This document shows positions 1 to 9,080 of a stretch of 64,000 nucleotides of DNA, piece after piece. Position numbers and translations under genes: made by a program. This stretch comes from an uncultured Dehalococcoidia bacterium (GTDB lineage Bacteria > Chloroflexota > Dehalococcoidia > Lucifugimonadales > UBA3495). How positions within the stretch are numbered: the first letter of the stretch is position 1; each line of letters opens with the position of its first letter. The notes under the pieces are model-generated. The model was not told the origin of the DNA and ran no database searches. It saw only the letters and a list, made by a program, of their open reading frames with translations. The stretch covers positions 64,001 to 128,000 of the forward strand of contig CATMOE010000002.1 in assembly GCA_950072105.1 (NCBI GenBank). Direction: 5' to 3'.

Positions 1-1
1 T

Positions 2-487
2 ATGGCTTGGATGGATCACCAATGGGGGGATTTCAGCATGACGCCGGTGGGTTGGGACTGGTTGAGCCTACAACTGGACGACGGCTCGGACTTGATGATT
101 TCCCTGGTTTGGGACTCTTCTGACCACCAACCAATCGTCAGCTACGGCACCTACGTGGCGCCCAACGGCCAACCTAGGAATTTGGCCGGTGAAGACATCT
201 CGTTGATCGCCACCGGATCGTGGACCAGCGCCGTCACGGAAACCACTTACCCGGTGGGCTGGGATCTGGAGGTGAAGTCTTTGGACCTGGAATTGACGCT
301 CACGCCGGCGCTCTTGGATTCCGAATTCCAGGGTAGCAAGTTCGTACCACAAGCCTACTGGGAAGGGTCTATCAAGGCGGCCGGGACGCTGCACGGACGG
401 AGTGTGGCCGGAAGAGGCTTCGCGGAGCTGGTGGGCTACGATACCCGGGAGTTCTCGTTCCCGAATCTTGGGGACACCAGGAGATAA
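2..487 (+). CDS. Lipocalin-like/AttH (carotenoid hydratase-like) protein, C-terminal part; probably 5'-truncated by the window edge
   Basis: Motifs WMDHQWG, GWDWLSLQL, W.S..T..TYPVGW, YWEG and G.GF.EL.GY typical of the AttH/lipocalin_9 C-terminal domain. Confidence 0.75.
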   Translation: MAWMDHQWGDFSMTPVGWDWLSLQLDDGSDLMISLVWDSSDHQPIVSYGTYVAPNGQPRNLAGEDISLIATGSWTSAVTETTYPVGWDLEVKSLDLELTLTPALLDSEFQGSKFVPQAYWEGSIKAAGTLHGRSVAGRGFAELVGYDTREFSFPNLGDTRR

Positions 488-500
488 AAGGCTACATCAC

Positions 501-740
501 TTAGCCTTGATCGGCCTCACGAATCATTTCCGCCAACCGAGCCTGCTCGCCTGGCACATCTTCCGGTTGCACGGGTATGGGCAGGGCGCTCAACCGCTGC
601 AAAACCGTCGTTTCCAGCACAGACGTCTCCTGGTCCGACAACTCCCACCGCCGAGCTACGTCATCGGCGCCATACAGCACGGCCTGGCGGAATCCATAAT
701 CGGCCACGGCCCGATCGGCTATCTCAATCACTTTATCCAT
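501..740 (-). CDS. Small helical protein, Os1348/NHLP-leader or LigA-like
   Basis: GGAGG RBS before ATG; I.DRAVAD..FRQ.......WELS.QE pattern; directly downstream of the SDR. Confidence 0.5.
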   Translation of the reverse strand: MDKVIEIADRAVADYGFRQAVLYGADDVARRWELSDQETSVLETTVLQRLSALPIPVQPEDVPGEQARLAEMIREADQG

Positions 741-760
741 TTTGACCTCCCCCCGGACGG

Positions 761-1531
761 CTAGGTAGCCAAGGCCCAGGCGCCACCGTCGATGATGTAG
801 GTGCTGCCGCTGACGTAGGAGGCTTCCTCCGAAGTCAGCCAGGTTATCAGGTTTGCTACCTCATCGGGACGTCCCACCCTTCCCATTGGATGCTCCACGT
901 TTCGCTCTTGAAACGTCTCGGCGCTGGCGGTGCTGCCCCGCATCTGGGGTGTGTCGATACCGCCGGGGGCGATGCAATTGACCCGCACGCCCTGATGGGT
1001 GTACTGAGCGGCGGCCACTTTAGTCAGGTGGATCACGCCCGCCTTGCTGACGGCGTAGGGGACAGAATAGGCCACGCCCCGCACTCCTGACATGGAAGAG
1101 ATATTAACGATGGACCCGCCACCGTGCTCCAGCATCGCCGGTATCGCGTACTTGCAGCAGTAGAACGTCCCTTTAAGATTGGTGTCCATGGTCAGGTCCC
1201 AGTCCACGTCCTCTACGTCGACCAAGGGAGGTGTCCGGATCAGGATGGCGGCGCCGTTGACCAATCCGTCCAGCCTGCCGAACTTGGATACTGTGTCCTC
1301 TACCATCTGCTTTACTTGGCTGGAACGGGATATGTCGACCCTGGATACCGCCGAGTTCTGGTCGTTACCTTCCATCAATTCCCGGGTCTCTTCCGCCCCC
1401 GCCTGATTCCGGTCGGCGACGACTACCTTGGCGCCTTCCTGCCGGAGGCGGTAACAGGTGGCCCGGCCGATGCCCGACCCGCCACCGGTTACAATCACCA
1501 CTTTATTCTCCATTCTTCCGGCCAACAGCAC
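761..1531 (-). CDS. SDR family NAD(P)-dependent oxidoreductase
   Basis: TGGGSGIG, NGA, YAVSK catalytic motif, VRVNCIAPG; the start may be the second Met (MENKVV). Confidence 0.92.
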   Translation of the reverse strand: MLLAGRMENKVVIVTGGGSGIGRATCYRLRQEGAKVVVADRNQAGAEETRELMEGNDQNSAVSRVDISRSSQVKQMVEDTVSKFGRLDGLVNGAAILIRTPPLVDVEDVDWDLTMDTNLKGTFYCCKYAIPAMLEHGGGSIVNISSMSGVRGVAYSVPYAVSKAGVIHLTKVAAAQYTHQGVRVNCIAPGGIDTPQMRGSTASAETFQERNVEHPMGRVGRPDEVANLITWLTSEEASYVSGSTYIIDGGAWALAT

Positions 1532-1588
1532 CTCCCCAGATCCAGATCAGCCTCAAGTTTCTGCCGCGTTGGAGATTATAGCACGGGG

Positions 1589-1621
1589 AAAATCCCCCCA
1601 ACCCCCCTTTACGAAAGAGGG
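1589..1621. repeat. Palindromic repeat family A (AATCCCCCCAACCCCCCTTTACGAAAG..GG)
   Basis: Near-identical copies at 47569, 47747 (inverted), 51741 and 60133. Confidence 0.8.
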
Positions 1622-1723
1622 CGATTCAAGAGACCCTTGCGCCCTCACACCATCGGCGTTATTATGCAAACCTCGTGTGTCCGGACGGCTACACCTAACT
1701 TATAAAAAGGATCCGGTGCCTGG

Positions 1724-2821
1724 TTGACCACCTCGAATCTACGCACACCTCTATACTCAGCTCATGTCGCCTTGGGAGCACGCATCGTTCCCTTCGGCGG
1801 GTGGGACATGCCGGTGCAATACACCGGGATCTTGGGGGAGGTGGCCGCGGTCCGTACCGGCACGGGTTTGTTCGACGTGTCTCACATGGGCCGACTATAC
1901 ATCTCGGGGCCCCGGGCCACGGAGTTTCTGGACTGGGTGCTCACCGGCTCAGTTGAAAGCCTCCGGGTGGGCCGTGCCCGCTACTGCATGATCTGCAACG
2001 AAAAGGGTGGGGTGATCGACGATACGATCTTCTACCGGTTGGCTGAGGACCGCTACCTGCTTATACCCAACGCCGGCAACCGCGATACGGTAGTCGCCTG
2101 GTTCCAGCGTTGGCTTGATGAAAAACTCCCCACCGGTTGTGAGATCGAAGACCGCACCGAAGCCACGGCCTTGCTGGCGCTGCAAGGCCCAGCCGCCGCC
2201 GAGGCCATGGACCGTCTATGCAGCGAACCTCCATCGTCTATGCGCCCTTTCTCCTGGCAGGAGAATCAATTTCAGGGTACGCCGGTACTGCTAGGACGCA
2301 CCGGTTATACCGGAGAAGACGGCTTTGAGATAGTGGCCGACGCGGACCAAGCCGCGTCCCTCTGGCAGACATTGACGGAGCACGGAGCGACGCCCTGTGG
2401 ATTGGGGGCCAGAGACGTGCTCCGATTAGAGGCAGGCCTGCCCCTCCACGGGCACGAGATAGACGAAAATACCACGCCCATCGAGGCCGGTCTGGAGAGA
2501 TTCGTTCGGTTCGACAAGGAGTATGTGGGCTCCGATGTTCTACGCGGCCAGCATGAGAAAGGTGTGGCGCGCAAGCTCATCGGTCTGAAGATGCCGGGCC
2601 GGAGCGCCCCAAGAGCGGAGTACGCCATCCTGGACCAAGGCCAACCCGTCGGCAGGGTTACCAGCGGCAGCTACTCCCCCACTCTTGACACCAGCATTGC
2701 CATGGGCTACGTTGGCGCGAGCCGCGCCGAAGCTGGGACGATGCTGGAAGTGGATATACGAGGCCGCACCGCCCCAGTTGAAGTGACGCCTCTCCCCTTC
2801 TACACAAGGCCAAGGAGATAG
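1724..2821 (+). CDS. gcvT: Glycine cleavage system T protein (aminomethyltransferase)
   Basis: [42 protein letters not shown]; first gene of the gcv operon. Confidence 0.96.
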   Translation: MTTSNLRTPLYSAHVALGARIVPFGGWDMPVQYTGILGEVAAVRTGTGLFDVSHMGRLYISGPRATEFLDWVLTGSVESLRVGRARYCMICNEKGGVIDDTIFYRLAEDRYLLIPNAGNRDTVVAWFQRWLDEKLPTGCEIEDRTEATALLALQGPAAAEAMDRLCSEPPSSMRPFSWQENQFQGTPVLLGRTGYTGEDGFEIVADADQAASLWQTLTEHGATPCGLGARDVLRLEAGLPLHGHEIDENTTPIEAGLERFVRFDKEYVGSDVLRGQHEKGVARKLIGLKMPGRSAPRAEYAILDQGQPVGRVTSGSYSPTLDTSIAMGYVGASRAEAGTMLEVDIRGRTAPVEVTPLPFYTRPRR

Positions 2822-2825
2822 CAGA

Positions 2826-3212
2826 TTGAGCCCCGACGACCGCAAATACTCAAAGGAACATGAATGGGTCAAGATGGAGGACGCCACCCAAGCCTTGGCC
2901 GGAATCACCGTATACGCCCAGGACCAGTTGGGGGACATCGTCTATGTAGACCTGCCCAAGACCGGCGCGACCATCAGATTCATGGAGAAGATGGGCGAAG
3001 TGGAGTCGGTAAAGGCGGTTTCAGATCTGTTTTCTCCAATCACCGGTGAGGTAACCGAGGTCAACGAACGCCTGCTTGACCATCCGGAGTTGGTCAACGA
3101 AGACCCACTGGGAGAAGGCTGGATGATGCGAGTGACCGTCTCCGATGCCGCCGAGTTGGACCAGCTTATGTCGGCCGAAGAGTACGAGGCATTCCTCAGC
3201 GGTTTGTCGTGA
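2826..3212 (+). CDS. gcvH: Glycine cleavage system H protein
   Basis: KEHEW, AQDQLGDIVYV, lipoyl-Lys motif VESVKAVSD. Confidence 0.96.
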   Translation: MSPDDRKYSKEHEWVKMEDATQALAGITVYAQDQLGDIVYVDLPKTGATIRFMEKMGEVESVKAVSDLFSPITGEVTEVNERLLDHPELVNEDPLGEGWMMRVTVSDAAELDQLMSAEEYEAFLSGLS

Positions 3213-4633
3213 CCGTCTCCAACCGGGCGGCAGACTCTTCGTCTAGTGCCCCATTCCAATTCCCGTATATCCCGAATACGCCCGATGAACAGGCGGCGAT
3301 GCTGGCTACCTTGGGAGTCGCGTCCATCGACGAACTGTTCCAGGACATTCCGGAGGAGTTCCGCAACCCACCCCTGGACCTCCCTCAACCAATGTCCGAA
3401 TTGGAAGTCCAGAAGGAACTGGACGGTTTGGCGTCACGAAACCGGGCGTTGGCCAGCGGTCCCTCTTTCCTAGGCGCGGGCTGTTACAACCATTTCATTC
3501 CAGCCATCGTCAAAGCGTTGATGACCCGGGGCGAGTTCCTGACCGCGTATACGCCCTACCAAGCGGAAGCCAGCCAGGGCACGTTGCAGGTCATCTACGA
3601 GTTCCAAACCCTGATAAGCCACCTCTACGGCATGGAGGTGGCCAACGCCGGGATGTACGACGGCGCCACCAGCCTGGCCGAAGGGGTACTCATGGCCTGC
3701 CGGGTGACCCGGCGGAGCCGTGTGGCCGTTGCCGATACCCTGTCCCCTTTTTACCGGCAAGTGATTGGGACCTATTGCCAAGCCCAGGGGATAGAGATTC
3801 AAAGTGTCTCGCCCAGCCCATCACCGGCTCTCGACGGGGAAACGGCATGCCTGGTGGTCCAATACCCCAACTTCTACGGTTATATCGAAGACTTGGCCGG
3901 GCTGACCGAGGCCGCCCATGCCCAGGGAGCGTTGATCGTCGTTTCCGCCGACCCAATGGCGATGGGGATGTTCCAGCCGCCCGGCCATTACGGGGCCGAC
4001 ATCGTCACCGGCGAGGGTCAGCCGCTAGGCATACCTCCCAGCTACGGCGGTCCTTACGTCGGCCTTTTCTCCACAAAACAGGAATACATCCGGCAGATGC
4101 CCAGCCGCCTATCGGGCCGAACCTTGGACAACCAGGGGAGGACCGGTTACGTGCTGACCCTGCAGACACGGGAGCAGCACATCCGCCGGGAGCGGGCCAC
4201 CAGCAACATTTGCACCAACGAGGCTCTGTACGCCTTGGCAGCGACCATTTACCTGGCCGCTTTAGGTAAACAAGGCCTGCAAAGTGTGGCCGAGCTCTGC
4301 TACCAAAAGGCCCATTACGCCGCCGCCCGCATCGCCCAGTTGCCCGGCTACACCCTACCAATCCAGGGCACGTTTTTCCAAGAATTCGTGGTCCAGTGTC
4401 CCGTCCCACCAAACAGTATCAACCGCCGTCTTCTTGAACAGAACATTTTGGGTGGTCTAGACCTAAACGAAGCGTATTCCAACGTCCCCCCTTCAGAAGG
4501 GGGGACCACCGGTGGGTCGCCGTCCCAACCGGCGGGAGACTTCACCAACGCCATGCTTCTATGCGTTACCGAGATGAACTCCCGACAAGAGATCGACGCG
4601 CTGGTAGAGGCGCTGTCGGAGTTCAGCCGATGA
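3209..4633 (+). CDS. gcvPA: Glycine dehydrogenase (decarboxylating) subunit 1
   Basis: FLGAG, TAYTPYQAE.SQG.LQ, LQTREQHIRRERATSNICTN; GTGA overlap with gcvH. Confidence 0.95.
   Translation: MTVSNRAADSSSSAPFQFPYIPNTPDEQAAMLATLGVASIDELFQDIPEEFRNPPLDLPQPMSELEVQKELDGLASRNRALASGPSFLGAGCYNHFIPAIVKALMTRGEFLTAYTPYQAEASQGTLQVIYEFQTLISHLYGMEVANAGMYDGATSLAEGVLMACRVTRRSRVAVADTLSPFYRQVIGTYCQAQGIEIQSVSPSPSPALDGETACLVVQYPNFYGYIEDLAGLTEAAHAQGALIVVSADPMAMGMFQPPGHYGADIVTGEGQPLGIPPSYGGPYVGLFSTKQEYIRQMPSRLSGRTLDNQGRTGYVLTLQTREQHIRRERATSNICTNEALYALAATIYLAALGKQGLQSVAELCYQKAHYAAARIAQLPGYTLPIQGTFFQEFVVQCPVPPNSINRRLLEQNILGGLDLNEAYSNVPPSEGGTTGGSPSQPAGDFTNAMLLCVTEMNSRQEIDALVEALSEFSR
4484..4506. repeat. Perfect 11-bp inverted repeat inside gcvPA, related to family A
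   Basis: GTCCCCCCTTC-A-GAAGGGGGGAC, encoding VPPSEGGT within an apparent ~20-aa insertion. Confidence 0.6.
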
Positions 4634-6102
4634 CCGGCGGCGGCAACCGGGACACTACCAAGCTGCTGATGGAGCGCAGCGTTCCCGGACGCGTGGGAGC
4701 GGTGCTGCCCCAGCCGGACGTGCCCGCCCAACCCCTTCCTGACCCATCGTTGTTGCGCACCGCATTGGATCTGCCGGAAGTATCCGAGCCGGAAATCGTT
4801 CAGTACTTCACTGCGTTGAGCCAGCGCAACTTTTCCATCGACACTCATTTCTACCCCTTGGGTAGCTGTACCATGAAGTACAACCCCAAGATTAACGACG
4901 AGGTGTCCTTCCTGCCGGGACTCGCTGGGATCCATCCGCTGCAACCGCCGGAGTCCGCCCAAGGCGCGTTGGAGCTCCTGTACCGGCTACAGGGATTCCT
5001 GGCCGAGATTACCGGGCTGCCGGGAGTAGGTCTGTCTACTTTGGCCGGGGCCCACGGCGAGCTGGCCGGCATGTTGATGATGCGGGCCTACCATCTGGCC
5101 CGGGGCGACACCAACCGCCGCCAAGTGCTGATTCCCGACAGCGCCCACGGCACAAATCCGGCCTCGGCGGCCATGGCGGGGTTCGACGTGGTCACCGTGG
5201 CTTCCGACGATCAAGGGAACGTGGACCTGAAGGCCCTTCACGAGTTGGTTGGACCAAACCTGGCCGGAGTGATGATAACCCTGCCCAGCACACTGGGGCT
5301 GTTCGACACCGGAATAGTAGAGGTCTGCCAAACAGTCCACCAAGCCGGTGGGTTGGTTTACGGCGACGGCGCCAACATGAACGCTCTGCTGGGCCGGGTG
5401 AAGCTGGGGCCACTGGGTTTCGACGTTGTCCACCTGAACCTGCACAAGACCTTCAGCACACCCCATGGCGGCGGCGGTCCCGGCGCGGGGCCGGTATGCG
5501 TGACCGACTCCCTTATTCCCCATCTACCAGCCCCGGTGGTAACTCAAAGCAGCGGCGACGGCGCGCCGGTGTACGGTTTAGCGGCGCCGGAGAGAACGAT
5601 TGGCAAATTGAGCGGCTTTCACGGGAATTTTGGCGTACTGGTTCGCGCTTTCACCTACATATTGACGCTGGGCGGAGAAGGATTACGCGCCATCAGCGGC
5701 AACGCGGTGCTGAACGCCAACTACCTGATGGACGCCCTCAAGGACACTTACTACCTGCCCTACGACCGCCGTTGCATGCATGAGGCCGTCTTCTCCGCCG
5801 ATTGGCAGAAGGCCCGGGGCGCCAGCGGCTTGGAGATCGTCAAGAGGCTTCTCGACTACGGCTTCCACGCCCCCACTCTGTACTTCCCGCTGATCGTTCA
5901 CGAAGCGCTGATGATCGAGCCAACCGAGTCCGAAACCCGGGAAACCTTGGACGCATTTATCCAAGCGTTGCGAGACATCGACCGGGAAGTCACCGAAAAC
6001 CCCGAACTGGTTCGCGGCGCACCCCACACCACCCCAGTGTCCCGCCTAGACGAAGCCACCGCCGCCCGGCAACCAGACCTAAGGTGGCGCGCGGCGGGGT
6101 AG
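4630..6102 (+). CDS. gcvPB: Glycine dehydrogenase (decarboxylating) subunit 2
   Basis: YPLGSCTMKYNP, SAHGTNPASA, PLP-Lys motif HLNLHKTFSTPHGGGGPG, MIEPTESE; ATGA overlap at 4630. Confidence 0.95.
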   Translation: MTGGGNRDTTKLLMERSVPGRVGAVLPQPDVPAQPLPDPSLLRTALDLPEVSEPEIVQYFTALSQRNFSIDTHFYPLGSCTMKYNPKINDEVSFLPGLAGIHPLQPPESAQGALELLYRLQGFLAEITGLPGVGLSTLAGAHGELAGMLMMRAYHLARGDTNRRQVLIPDSAHGTNPASAAMAGFDVVTVASDDQGNVDLKALHELVGPNLAGVMITLPSTLGLFDTGIVEVCQTVHQAGGLVYGDGANMNALLGRVKLGPLGFDVVHLNLHKTFSTPHGGGGPGAGPVCVTDSLIPHLPAPVVTQSSGDGAPVYGLAAPERTIGKLSGFHGNFGVLVRAFTYILTLGGEGLRAISGNAVLNANYLMDALKDTYYLPYDRRCMHEAVFSADWQKARGASGLEIVKRLLDYGFHAPTLYFPLIVHEALMIEPTESETRETLDAFIQALRDIDREVTENPELVRGAPHTTPVSRLDEATAARQPDLRWRAAG

Positions 6103-6123
6103 ATTGGTGTAGATTGCGATAGG

Positions 6124-6190
6124 TGGTTCGACGGGCTCACCACGAACGGAGGGGACTCTTCCTTACGTTCGTCCTGAGCTTGTCGAAGGA
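6124..6190. repeat. Palindromic repeat family B (TTCGAC.GGCTCA..CGAACG-spacer-CGTTCG..TGAGC.TGTCGAA)
   Basis: Imperfect inverted repeat; copies at 39084 and 50816. Confidence 0.85.
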
Positions 6191-6221
6191 CCGGGACTAC
6201 CAAGTTTAACAAGCCAGAAGT

Positions 6222-7160
6222 TCACCCCCCGCTTTTCTCTGCCTCCAGAGCCGCTCTCAGGACATCTTCGTCAACCCTCACTTCAACTCCGGCCCGCTCT
6301 TCCTGCAGCAGCATGGCCACACGGGAGTCCCGGTCTCCCCATCCCCGGTTCATGGCTTCCGTCATCTCTTGTAAGGCCAAGTTGGCCAGGCGCATAGGCA
6401 CGTCGTATTCCCGGCCCACGCCCACCGCCAGATCCACGTCCTTCCGGGCCAATCGCAGGGCGAAGTCCGGTGGGTCGAACTTTCCGGGCAGTAAGTGTTC
6501 CGCCAACCCCTCGAAAGTTCCCCGGCGGCCTTGCGCACCCCGTCGCACCGCTTGCCACAGGGCCAGGGGCTCGACCCCCGCCTTCACTCCCATGGTGAAC
6601 ACCTCGGCCAAGGCTGTCTGGATAACGTAGCCGGCGCAGTTGTGCACCAATTTGGCCACCGCGCCGCAGCCGATGGGTCCCACGTAATAGGCCTTGTCGC
6701 CAATGGCGTCCAACGCCGGACGGCACCGGTCGAAAACATCCTTGTCTCCGCCAACCCAGATCGCCAGGTTGCGGCTCTCGGCCCCTCTCGGGCCGCCGCT
6801 GACTGGCGCGTCCAGCACCTCGACACCTTGGCCCGACGCTATGTCGTGGAGACGACGGATCAGGTTGGGCGTGCTGGTGCTCAGGTCGAAGTACACCTTT
6901 CCGGCGGACATCCCTTGGAGGATGCCGTCCTCACCCAGGAACACCGCCTCAACCTCGGTGGGGCCGGGCAGAGAGGTGAACACGATATCGCTGGCCTCGG
7001 CAACCTCTCGCGGCGAGTCCGCCCAAGTCGCTCCCGCTTCCAGATGCCGGGTGGCCGACTCCCGGCGTATGTCGTGGACCACCAATTCATGTCCACCCTG
7101 GATAGTATTGAAGGCCATGCTCCCGCCCATGGTCCCCAGGCCGATAAATCCTACTTTCAT
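6222..7160 (-). CDS. 3-hydroxyisobutyrate dehydrogenase / beta-hydroxyacid dehydrogenase family
   Basis: GFIGLGTMG, DAPVSGG, G.G..AKLVHN, F.L.LARKD. Confidence 0.92.
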   Translation of the reverse strand: MKVGFIGLGTMGGSMAFNTIQGGHELVVHDIRRESATRHLEAGATWADSPREVAEASDIVFTSLPGPTEVEAVFLGEDGILQGMSAGKVYFDLSTSTPNLIRRLHDIASGQGVEVLDAPVSGGPRGAESRNLAIWVGGDKDVFDRCRPALDAIGDKAYYVGPIGCGAVAKLVHNCAGYVIQTALAEVFTMGVKAGVEPLALWQAVRRGAQGRRGTFEGLAEHLLPGKFDPPDFALRLARKDVDLAVGVGREYDVPMRLANLALQEMTEAMNRGWGDRDSRVAMLLQEERAGVEVRVDEDVLRAALEAEKSGG

Positions 7161-7342
7161 TCTTTCCTCCGGTAGTCCGGTGCGCTACCTACGCACCGGT
7201 GTTAGCCCCATTATCGAGTAGCACCTTCCCCACTGCAAGGGCCGGTGGGAGGGGTCTCTGGCAACCCAACATGGACGGCGCAACCTTTGATGGGCTATCC
7301 TAGAGGCAGTTGCTCAAATACACGTGAATTGGCGGGATCGAC

Positions 7343-8353
7343 ATGCTAGATCAGCAGGAAAAACTTTGGGATTATGACGCGGTGGAGGTTGGGCAGGCTG
7401 GTCCGACCACCGAAGTGGAGATTACCGAGGAGAACATCGCGGAGTACGCGTTGCTGGCCCAAAACCCAGACCCGCGGTTTCAGCGTCCGGGCGTCAGCCG
7501 GGAGTACGACGGGGCTATGCTGGCAATGCCCACCATGGTCATCACTTACGCCCCGTTAATGCGAGAGGAGATAGCCGAAGCCAACGGGTTCGTAGCCCAG
7601 GAGCGGTCCAACACGAACCGCCGCCAAACCCCTTTCGCCAAGTGCGAGATACGGTGGTGGGGTCCGGTCAAGGCCGGGGATACCATTACCGGCAGCCGCC
7701 GCGTATTGGAGAAGTACGACCGCCGGGGCAGCAAGTTCGTCACCTTCCGGGTAGAAGCGGCCAATCAGCACGGAGAAAAAGTCGCCGAGTACGATTACAC
7801 CTGCATCTTCGGCTACGCTCAGGGTAGTAAGTCGGTCCCCCAGATCCCAGGCTCGGCGGAACCGCAACCGCTTACCGGCAATCCAGGGGGGCAAGAGCTG
7901 GCCATGTCTTCGTCGGCGTTATTATCTTTTGACGCGCTGTCCGAAGGGACCCAACTGGCGCAGATGTCCATCTCTGAAAGTCAGGAAATCATCAATCGGA
8001 AGTCCGATTTCCGCTTGAGCGGAGAACCCAATCCCATCAATATTCACAACAACGAAGAATTTGCCCGGCAGAACATCTTCAGCGGCACGGTGTCCTCCGG
8101 TCCCGCGGCCATGTCCTACCTAGACCAGATGCTACAGATATCCTTTCCCCTGAGCGCCTTTTACCAGGGTGGACAGTTGCTGATGCGAGCCATCGAGCCT
8201 TTCCGCGCCGGCGACACCGTGACGTTCCAGGGGGAAGTGACTGCCAAAGACGCCGAGAGCGCCGGCCGCATCGTCGAGTGCCGGATAAAGGGCATCAACC
8301 AGCGCGGCGACTTGGTCAACCTGTCCGACGCCAAACTGATGCTATCCGTATAA
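7343..8353 (+). CDS. Double hot-dog MaoC-like dehydratase
   Basis: Two hot-dog units: PVKAGDTITG..RVLEKY.RRG..FV and NIHNN..FA...PFRAGDTVTF.G.V. Confidence 0.8.
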   Translation: MLDQQEKLWDYDAVEVGQAGPTTEVEITEENIAEYALLAQNPDPRFQRPGVSREYDGAMLAMPTMVITYAPLMREEIAEANGFVAQERSNTNRRQTPFAKCEIRWWGPVKAGDTITGSRRVLEKYDRRGSKFVTFRVEAANQHGEKVAEYDYTCIFGYAQGSKSVPQIPGSAEPQPLTGNPGGQELAMSSSALLSFDALSEGTQLAQMSISESQEIINRKSDFRLSGEPNPINIHNNEEFARQNIFSGTVSSGPAAMSYLDQMLQISFPLSAFYQGGQLLMRAIEPFRAGDTVTFQGEVTAKDAESAGRIVECRIKGINQRGDLVNLSDAKLMLSV

Positions 8354-8373
8354 AACCGAAGTGAAATCCTCTA

Positions 8374-8805
8374 CTAGCGCCCTGCGGGAATCCGTCCGTA
8401 TACTCGCTCGGGGGGCACCAGGAACACCACGGCGTCCTGCTCCACCATCGCGCGGTCGTACTCTTCCCAATCGGGATGGTCTTTGTCGCCACAGGCCCTG
8501 AAAACCTCCCGCAGCAGCACCCGCAACTCTTCAGCCGGGGTATTACGGCGGTCGAACAACTGGGCCTGACCCTCGACGGCAACGCAGCCTCGCCAGTCGT
8601 CGCTAACCGACAGAACCGTGCATTGCGGATTGCGCCGCAGGTTGCGCACCTTGGCGGAACTGCCTTGCACTGAGACGAACGCGGCGTTCCCTTTGTAGGC
8701 GCCGACCACAACGATGCTGGTCTGTACCGCCCCGTTGCGTTGCATCGTGCTGATCACTCCCCGGTGGTTGGTTTCCATGAATGGCCGGGCATCCTCGAAT
8801 TCCAT
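8374..8805 (-). CDS. PPOX-class (probably F420-dependent) oxidoreductase
   Basis: ST..RNG..Q.S.V, SAKVRNLRRNP, V.VEG.A, HPDW.EY..AM. Confidence 0.85.
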   Translation of the reverse strand: MEFEDARPFMETNHRGVISTMQRNGAVQTSIVVVGAYKGNAAFVSVQGSSAKVRNLRRNPQCTVLSVSDDWRGCVAVEGQAQLFDRRNTPAEELRVLLREVFRACGDKDHPDWEEYDRAMVEQDAVVFLVPPERVYGRIPAGR

Positions 8806-9080
8806 CAGTTCACCTCAATCCAGCTTGCCCGCGCCGGGCGTATGGCCAATAGGCCGCGATAAATATCAGCCAAGAATACTCCTGGCTGATTGGGATTGTT
8901 ATACCATAGTTGGCCCACTCTCGCTTGAGATTCGAAACAATTGCTGAACCCGACTATATCTCGGCCAGACTGCGCGACAGCAACAGCGTACAATGATTAT
9001 TAACATGATTAGGCGTAAAAAAAGCTTCTGGCTGGTTGTGGACGTGGCCTCGTGACGCGGCCAGTACGGGAACAGTAGGG

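Noticed and set aside
1532..1723. Glycine riboswitch upstream of gcvT
   Set aside because: No tandem aptamer motifs recognised; the space is occupied by a family A repeat
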